From a virus (Duplodnaviria > Caudoviricetes), in the IMG/VR virus record IMGVR_UViG_3300025635_000041, positions 1-42,950 of that record: 42,950 nucleotides of DNA. One strand, given 5' to 3'. This document shows positions 37,570 to 42,950 of the stretch, piece by piece (the first letter of the stretch is position 1; every line of letters starts with the position of its first letter). A program made the position numbers and the translations under genes. The notes beneath the pieces are model-generated. The model did not search any database. It was given only the letters and a program-made list of their open reading frames with translations, and was not told the DNA's origin.

Positions 37570-39018
37570 TCAACTATTTTTTCTCACTTGTCGTTTAGCT
37601 TCCTGTATAGCTGCTTTTAATCTATCGCCTTTAGTTGTGATATACGGACGTGATGCACAGGCATACTGTGTTTCATCATAGCAATGGTCTTCTTGCTCTG
37701 TATCGGGACCAAGTTCTGGTCTTCGTTCATCTAATTGCAAATCCGGCACTGTGCGCCACCAATGTTTACATCCAACCGTAACATACAACATGGGGCCATC
37801 ATCGTCACCTGCTATTCTTGCCCTCACTTCCTCAAAGTTCCCTATTCTCCCTTTGCGTGATTGCTCCATTAAAAACCTACCATTAGTCGCGTCATACATT
37901 CTTTGCTGCACACTTGCGCCGTCATGCTCTGCCCACATTGCCGCATCACCTACGCGGTAATCCATTTCCTCCCCTGCGTCTTCTTCTATATCAAGTATCT
38001 GTTTCGCTATTACCGTACTTTCTAACCTACACCCTTCATTAGCTTTACCATTCCAGCCGTAATATTCACGATATCGGATTAAAGCTCCTCTTGGGATTAA
38101 CCTTTCCTTCCAATCATCTTTGGCCTTTAAAGTCATATGGTCTTCTACCACACACCACCAACCTACTGAAAAAGGTTTTGCACTTCCCCAGTCAATCACC
38201 ATAAACTTAGTCCACTCGTTAGGCACTTCAAAATCACGTATCATATGCTTATCACGTCTAAGCTTCTCTAATGCCGCACCTGCTGTAATATCCCATAAAC
38301 CATATCTCATAGCCTTGACAAGATCAGGCGAGCCTAATCCTTCAAGGCGCATCTCATAACCTGGGTCACATTCTAATAAAGAGGGATTATCTTCTAAGAG
38401 TGCAGGGATATATTGACGCAACATCCCACCCTCTTCTGGTGGCATTCGCTTAACCTCGAAAGGTGTTAGCATGTCAACAAAAGTTTGCTTAACAAAAGTA
38501 TGACCAACGTTACCGGGATTAGAACCGCAAATAATTTTAGGCAAAGTAAAATCTTCTCCGAAGATTTGTTTAATAATGGTAGGGATAGCAGGTGGCATAC
38601 GCACTCGATTGCGAAGAAAGCGATATATAACATCAGTAAAATGGGTAAGCTCGTCAATAAGTAACACATGTATTTCTGCTCCTTGGTATTTATATCTGTC
38701 CTTTTCGTGTTGGCAATGGCATAAATGAATCTTAGCACCATTAGGGAATTTTATTTCATCTTCCAACACCGATACATTAGGAAATGTACTTAATAAATTC
38801 CTAAACCCGCTTTCGCCGTCTAAATGGTTAGCTAATAAGTCGGGTCTCAATCGCCTAAAAAGATATACCTGGATGTTTGGGATGTACACACATAGGAGAA
38901 TGGCAATAATGCGTAATAGATGTGATTTACCACCACCAGCCGCACCACCGTATAATATCTCAGTGGCTTCAGTTTCTAATACAAATGTTTGTTTGGGATG
39001 AAGGTTAAAATTTACCAC
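37570..39018 (-). CDS. terL: Terminase large subunit
   Basis: EILYGGAAGGGKS (Walker A), YQG.E...IDELTHF (Walker B), SNPG..GH..VK, DWG..KPF, EDH.YD...Y. Confidence 0.95.
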   Translation of the reverse strand: MVNFNLHPKQTFVLETEATEILYGGAAGGGKSHLLRIIAILLCVYIPNIQVYLFRRLRPDLLANHLDGESGFRNLLSTFPNVSVLEDEIKFPNGAKIHLCHCQHEKDRYKYQGAEIHVLLIDELTHFTDVIYRFLRNRVRMPPAIPTIIKQIFGEDFTLPKIICGSNPGNVGHTFVKQTFVDMLTPFEVKRMPPEEGGMLRQYIPALLEDNPSLLECDPGYEMRLEGLGSPDLVKAMRYGLWDITAGAALEKLRRDKHMIRDFEVPNEWTKFMVIDWGSAKPFSVGWWCVVEDHMTLKAKDDWKERLIPRGALIRYREYYGWNGKANEGCRLESTVIAKQILDIEEDAGEEMDYRVGDAAMWAEHDGASVQQRMYDATNGRFLMEQSRKGRIGNFEEVRARIAGDDDGPMLYVTVGCKHWWRTVPDLQLDERRPELGPDTEQEDHCYDETQYACASRPYITTKGDRLKAAIQEAKRQVRKNS

Positions 39019-39283
39019 CGCCTACACTCCATGAGTTTAACTCTACTTTAGTCATCTGAGCAAACTTAGACTTTAAATCACCATTATAACTAATCTTCTC
39101 AGGGTTATCTACATTATCGGGTAATCGCGCATAATATCCACAGCAAACAACCTTATCACTATGCTCATGACATTCAAATGGTTTAGGTGATTGCAATGCT
39201 ATTGCTCTTTGTATTGCTGGCTCAATTACACAAGCATGTTTAGTAAATAAACAATGACGGCATGGCTTCTTTCTAACTTTCAT
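39005..39283 (-). CDS. Cys-rich Zn-binding protein (DUF6283-like)
   Basis: PC.HC.F...F.CH.....C.G. Confidence 0.65.
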   Translation of the reverse strand: MKVRKKPCRHCLFTKHACVIEPAIQRAIALQSPKPFECHEHSDKVVCCGYYARLPDNVDNPEKISYNGDLKSKFAQMTKVELNSWSVGGGKF

Positions 39284-39386
39284 TGTTACACTTCGGAAGG
39301 TTTAAAAAAGTGTTTTCCCGTGATTTTTAGCATATTACTTGTTAGTTTCTATACTATCGTTACAAATAAACACCCCGTTTGTAACA

Positions 39387-39923
39387 TCAATTTACATCTA
39401 CACCTAGCTCATTAAACCTAAAACTAGGCACGAAGTGTTTGTAAAAGTAATCCTTAGCCTCTGGTAAGTGTTGATTCATTATATCTAATACATATACCTT
39501 ATCACCTAGTCTTGCAGTTAGGATTAAATGAGGCTTACCATCATAATCACCAGACCATAGGTTAAGTTCTTCTGGTTTCCAACCTAACGCGCGTAGCTCG
39601 TAATACTTAGTTGTAGCATAAGCCTTGCAATCAGCTTCCGCCGTCATATAAAATTGAGTTGGTGTCATCCAAGGTGATAATGCAAATAATCTCTTACTGT
39701 TAACCCTATCATTAACCATTCTAAGTTTATCTAACGTAGGTTTGCCACGGCCAGATATAATCTTTTCAGTCTGTAATATCCTAACCCAATCAGGAACTAT
39801 TACTTTCATTTGCGGGTCTTTGTCTATTTCTCTAGCATAGTTCTGTACTCTTTCTATATGCGTAGGATGTCCTGCATAGGCCGTTAGGGGTAATAACATT
39901 AATGCTATGATTAAATACTTCAT
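39387..39923 (-). CDS. Secreted transglutaminase-like cysteine protease (Peptidase C93 / BTLCP / LapG-like)
   Basis: Signal peptide ending AYA; VN..VN, W.TP..F, DC..YA..KY..L...G, H.IL, VLD (Cys-His-Asp). Confidence 0.82.
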   Translation of the reverse strand: MKYLIIALMLLPLTAYAGHPTHIERVQNYAREIDKDPQMKVIVPDWVRILQTEKIISGRGKPTLDKLRMVNDRVNSKRLFALSPWMTPTQFYMTAEADCKAYATTKYYELRALGWKPEELNLWSGDYDGKPHLILTARLGDKVYVLDIMNQHLPEAKDYFYKHFVPSFRFNELGVDVN

Positions 39924-40270
39924 GCAGGTGTGTTGTAATTCTTAGTTAGGATTATTTGTGGGTTGCCAGTTTCTTTGTTTTCTTGTTTGTCCGCCCAATC
40001 AAATCTATTCTTCATATTCATATAAAATAATGTAGGACTAAATTCTTTATCTCGCAAAGCAATTCTTCCTTGTTTATACCACCAACCCTTTGATAATTGT
40101 TCACCTATACTTTTGGCGTCCATAAATTCAGAATGCTCTTTACACCAATTATATAATGTTTGCTTTACTACCCCTATTTCTGCAGCCACTTCTTCTATCG
40201 AAGCCCCTTCGGACATCAATTCTTTTATCAACTCACAATAAATAGGAGAATATTTACTATCTGTACCCAT
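39920..40270 (-). CDS. terS: Terminase small subunit
   Basis: KY...YC......M.EG.S...VAA.IGV...TLY.W...H.EF..A, F.MKNRF.W.DK.E. Confidence 0.82.
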   Translation of the reverse strand: MGTDSKYSPIYCELIKELMSEGASIEEVAAEIGVVKQTLYNWCKEHSEFMDAKSIGEQLSKGWWYKQGRIALRDKEFSPTLFYMNMKNRFDWADKQENKETGNPQIILTKNYNTPA

Positions 40271-40808
40271 AATCTAAACTATCTTTTTTTGATAAATTAA
40301 TTTCAGGTAATACTAATTGTATGTTAGATATTACATGATGACCACCTTTTGCTAACGGAATGATATGATCAATATGATAAGTATCTAAAGGTTTTCCACT
40401 AATAGCACATCGGTAATCTTGTGTTAATAATAATTTCTTAATCGACGCATACGTTACTGACCCATCACTGGTTGATATTTTTTGCGCACGCCTGTTATGA
40501 TTATTAGCAAGAACTTTTAATCTTCCATCATCCGTGGAATATCTTTGTCTTTTGTATTTATTAATTTGTTCTTTATTATTTAAATAATATTCGCGCATTT
40601 TTGCTAAATATTTTTCATTTTCATTACGTAATTTACGTATACGCTCTTTATTCATTAATCTATATTGTTTTTCACACGTTTTACAAAAAACTTGAAACCC
40701 AAGAGAGCTACGTTTATCTTTATTAAAAGACTCCGGAAACTTATTTATTAAACAAGTTTTACATTGAATAGTGCCATTAGAATTAAGTGTTTTTTTTGGT
40801 CTACCCAT
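40257..40808 (-). CDS. HNH endonuclease
   Basis: N-terminal CKTC...CKTC, C-terminal HIDHIIPLAKGG.H...N.Q.....N.SK. Confidence 0.88.
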   Translation of the reverse strand: MGRPKKTLNSNGTIQCKTCLINKFPESFNKDKRSSLGFQVFCKTCEKQYRLMNKERIRKLRNENEKYLAKMREYYLNNKEQINKYKRQRYSTDDGRLKVLANNHNRRAQKISTSDGSVTYASIKKLLLTQDYRCAISGKPLDTYHIDHIIPLAKGGHHVISNIQLVLPEINLSKKDSLDYGYR

Positions 40809-40818
40809 ACCAGCTATA

Positions 40819-40971
40819 TTACTTTTTCTTTTTCATTTTCATTTTCTTAACTTGCTCCCTATCAGCTTTAGTATCAGCCTTTGAGCCTTCTTTGTAACCT
40901 TTCTTCTTATCACGCTTTTTATCTTCTGCTGAGCTTTCTACGTCTTTCATGGTTGGTTTTTTCTTTTTCAT
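40819..40971 (-). CDS. Small Lys-rich protein, 50 aa
   Basis: GGGGA RBS; MKKKKP...KKGYKEGSKAD..AD; translated by hand. Confidence 0.65.
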   Translation of the reverse strand: MKKKKPTMKDVESSAEDKKRDKKKGYKEGSKADTKADREQVKKMKMKKKK

Positions 40972-40997
40972 TTCATCCCCGTAGTTAATTTTCTTTT

Positions 40998-41025
40998 ATT
41001 TTATAACATATTACATAAATGTCAA
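40998..41025 (-). promoter_or_regulatory. Promoter for the packaging/structural operon
   Basis: TTGACA-N16-TAAAAT. Confidence 0.65.
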
Positions 41026-41246
41026 CTCTTGTAATCTTCTATTTTACTTATTAATTCTTTTACAGCCTTTAAAGCTTGAGGCGGTATCCATATTCTCTTC
41101 CAACCTGCTTCCTGCTTCTTTTTCCTGCTTTCCCTTTGTGCTTCTGCATTGTATTTCTTCTCACATGGCGGGCACATGTAATCATGCTTAGCTATCTGTC
41201 TAGCTGTTGGCATAAAACTGTTGAAGCATATCCTACAGTGTTTCAT
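41022..41246 (-). CDS. Small Zn-finger protein with possible DNA-binding tail
   Basis: CRIC...CPPC then Q..SR.....AG...IWIP. Confidence 0.7.
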   Translation of the reverse strand: MKHCRICFNSFMPTARQIAKHDYMCPPCEKKYNAEAQRESRKKKQEAGWKRIWIPPQALKAVKELISKIEDYKS

Positions 41247-41566
41247 TTACCTTCTGCCTTTTCTATAATAGCCTCTATCTTAGGAAAGTTAGTATCATGT
41301 GTTATCATTTTCTTTAACAATCCTAACGTTTCTTTCAAAGCCTCTAGGAGTTCGGGAGCGGCTGCTATTAATCTTGCATCCACTTCTTCTCCAACATCAG
41401 CAATCCATCCGTTGCATTCTCCCTTCTCGTTTGTCGGATAAACACAGTAACCGTGCCCATCCCAATTATGACTTGCTTCAGTTTCTTCTCCATTATAGCC
41501 CCAGGGTGCTGCTGTATGTGACATTGTGTTAATCCTTTTTTCTTCCGTTAATTTTAAGTAGCGCAT
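41243..41566 (-). CDS. Conserved phage protein (ARLIAAAPELLEAL family; likely start 41524)
   Basis: HT..PW...IA.....ARLIAAAPELLEALK...I.KAEG. Confidence 0.8.
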   Translation of the reverse strand: MRYLKLTEEKRINTMSHTAAPWGYNGEETEASHNWDGHGYCVYPTNEKGECNGWIADVGEEVDARLIAAAPELLEALKETLGLLKKMITHDTNFPKIEAIIEKAEGK

Positions 41567-41723
41567 TTGATAAAGATTCGACGTGATCTTGGCGATTCAA
41601 TAAACCACATTTTTCACACACCCTTGATCTAATCTTTACTTTGTTAAATTCTATAGGGAAATAATCACTCCATTCAGGCTTATGCTTAATAAGTCGCCAA
41701 AATAAAGTTTGTATTAACCACAT
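41529..41723 (-). CDS. Small Zn-finger protein (DUF1660-like)
   Basis: L..H......RVCEKCG; AAGGA RBS. Confidence 0.6.
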   Translation of the reverse strand: MWLIQTLFWRLIKHKPEWSDYFPIEFNKVKIRSRVCEKCGLLNRQDHVESLSNALLKINGRKKD

Positions 41724-41726
41724 GTA

Positions 41727-41969
41727 TTAATCCTTTATGTTAAGTTCTTCTAATACCCAATAAATATTACGCAATTTATTATCACCTCCTAATCGAGGGT
41801 TATAATCCGGTTTATCAGGTAAGAAATCTTCAATCAATTTAAGCGTATCAACAAGCTTAGTGTTCTGTTCTGTTAGTTCTTTTATTCTTGCCGCCAATGA
41901 TAAAGTTATGTCTCTAACTTCGGCGGTTGCTTTTTTTCCTTCTGCTAGCATATCGTTTAATTCCTGCAT
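41727..41969 (-). CDS. Hypothetical coiled-coil protein
   Basis: Co-oriented, AAGG RBS. Confidence 0.65.
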   Translation of the reverse strand: MQELNDMLAEGKKATAEVRDITLSLAARIKELTEQNTKLVDTLKLIEDFLPDKPDYNPRLGGDNKLRNIYWVLEELNIKD

Positions 41970-42112
41970 GGCCTAACCTTTTGATAACTTGTTACGTACA
42001 TATTTCCTTTATAGGTATAAACTTTTACTATACACCCTGTACAAGCCCCATATACTCTTTTACCAAAAAGTCTTGCTTTCAATCTAATCCATAATCCAGA
42101 GCTTTTTAGCAT
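41957..42112 (-). CDS. Cassette 2, second ORF, 51 aa (MLKSSGLW...)
   Basis: ATG at the end of the linker repeat; translated by hand. Confidence 0.55.
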   Translation of the reverse strand: MLKSSGLWIRLKARLFGKRVYGACTGCIVKVYTYKGNMYVTSYQKVRPCRN

Positions 42113-42136
42113 GGTCTTAGTCTTCTTGTGTTGGTT
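42110..42136 (-). repeat. 27-bp intergenic linker/RBS repeat, copy 2
   Basis: 24/27 identical to 42466-42492. Confidence 0.85.
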
Positions 42137-42260
42137 ATACTACTTTTAATTGATCCTCTATTTCTTTTGCTTGTTTTTTAGTTATTTTTATCGGAATTCC
42201 ATTTTTAATTACAAGGTAAAATGTCTTATCCATAACATCCTGTATAATTTCAATCTTCAT
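42135..42260 (-). CDS. Cassette 2, first ORF, 41 aa (MKIEIIQ...)
   Basis: AGGAG RBS inside the promoter repeat; stop abuts the linker. Confidence 0.6.
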   Translation of the reverse strand: MKIEIIQDVMDKTFYLVIKNGIPIKITKKQAKEIEDQLKVV

Positions 42261-42261
42261 A

Positions 42262-42387
42262 CCATTCTCCTATTTATTGTCTTGATTCCCCTATAATACA
42301 CCTATTCTTGACGCCGTCAAGAGTTATTTCAATAAATATCTATTTATTTCATTATACCACATTAACTATATGATTTATATAAAATAT
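42262..42387 (-). promoter_or_regulatory. Early promoter/operator/RBS repeat, copy 2
   Basis: TGTGGTATAAT, TTGACG-N16-TATTAT, palindrome TCTTGACG-C-CGTCAAGA (42306-42322), AGGAG; homologous to 42778-42898. Confidence 0.8.
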
Positions 42388-42468
42388 ATTTCTTACTTGG
42401 GTTGGCATTTCAGCTTGCTCCATCCATCCATGTAATACACCGCGCTCAAAGTCTGTTAAATTTATCAT
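42352..42468 (-). CDS. Cassette 1, second ORF, 38 aa, apparently truncated by promoter repeat copy 2
   Basis: AAGGA RBS in the linker; last 11 sense codons and the stop lie inside the repeat. Confidence 0.45.
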   Translation of the reverse strand: MINLTDFERGVLHGWMEQAEMPTQVRNIFYINHIVNVV

Positions 42469-42492
42469 AGTCTTAGTCCTTTTGTGTTGGTT
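42466..42492 (-). repeat. 27-bp intergenic linker/RBS repeat, copy 1
   Basis: AACCAACACAAAAGGACTAAGACTATG on the minus strand. Confidence 0.85.
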
Positions 42493-42493
42493 C

Positions 42494-42781
42494 TTAGGCT
42501 GCAAACATGCGGCGCACATCATTTAAACTCTTTGCGTAGAAACCATTCCTGTCTTCGTTACCAAATTCTTCGTTACCAAAATATTCGTTCTTACCAGCCC
42601 ACATGCGGCAACTAATGGTATTATTTTCTGTGTGTAAACGAACAGTAGCTATAGTCACGCCATTAGGCTGCGTAATTGTTGAAATAGTTGAAGCCATTAT
42701 CTCGCGACCTTTCATACCTAGAAGATTTGCAAGTTTTGATTTAGCAGTAGAAATGATAATTTTTTTGTTTTCCATATCCAT
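42494..42781 (-). CDS. Cassette 1, first ORF, ~93 aa (likely start 42775)
   Basis: AGGAG RBS inside the promoter repeat. Confidence 0.7.
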   Translation of the reverse strand: MDMENKKIIISTAKSKLANLLGMKGREIMASTISTITQPNGVTIATVRLHTENNTISCRMWAGKNEYFGNEEFGNEDRNGFYAKSLNDVRRMFAA

Positions 42782-42898
42782 TCTCCTATTTGTTGATTCC
42801 CCTATAATACACCCATTCTTGATACCGTCAAGGGTTATTTCAACAAATAATCAATTATTTTATTATACCACATTAACTATATGATTTATATAAAATAT
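42778..42898 (-). promoter_or_regulatory. Early promoter/operator/RBS repeat, copy 1
   Basis: Same elements as copy 2, with an imperfect palindrome CTTGATACCGTCAAG (42818-42832). Confidence 0.8.
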
Positions 42899-42950
42899 CC
42901 TTCATCTTGCGCTAATTTATGTAATGGGGAAACATGATTTAATGCGCTTG
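42816..42950. repeat. Terminal direct repeat, right copy
   Basis: Matches 1-135 with 2 mismatches. Confidence 0.95.

Noticed and set aside
39359-39385. Inverted repeat GTTACAAA-N11-TTTGTAAC after the protease gene
   Set aside because: AT-rich stem without a U-tract and no second copy noticed; function cannot be supported.
13358-42884. Many plus-strand track ORFs over the structural arm, and minus-strand ORFs within 7399-10846
   Set aside because: Antisense to well-supported genes, no RBS or recognisable motifs.
42816-42950. Biological terminal repeat of the virion DNA
   Set aside because: The short overlap begins inside an internal repeat, as expected where an assembler breaks a circular path; real termini cannot be inferred.

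Overview
The window looks like an essentially complete ~42.8-kb, AT-rich, short-tailed (podovirus-type) dsDNA phage genome. Bases 1-135 repeat at 42816-42950 with 2 mismatches. A long minus-strand arm carries early cassettes, HNH/terS/terL, a glycan-modification cluster, portal, GroES, scaffold, capsid, adaptor/nozzle, ejection proteins, tail fibre and lysis genes, and also a Cro-like gene, VRR-NUC, XRE, a replication initiator with internal iterons and a DnaB-like helicase. A plus-strand arm (5430-12053) carries repeat proteins, an ERF recombinase, an SSB-like protein, tRNA-Pro and small genes. I see no integrase or cI. The main observations are: (1) a cloverleaf RNA with two UUACGG seeds followed by three complementary CCGUAA boxes over the initiator ribosome-binding site, resembling C4/CI antisense control; (2) two promoter/palindrome/linker-bounded early cassettes holding unrelated ORFs, with a hybrid repeat at the contig start; (3) a glycosyltransferase/methyltransferase/cytidylyltransferase cluster between terL and portal; (4) a secreted LapG-like protease; (5) repeat genes whose variation is only non-synonymous. 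All family calls come from recognising motifs by eye; no searches or folding programs were run.
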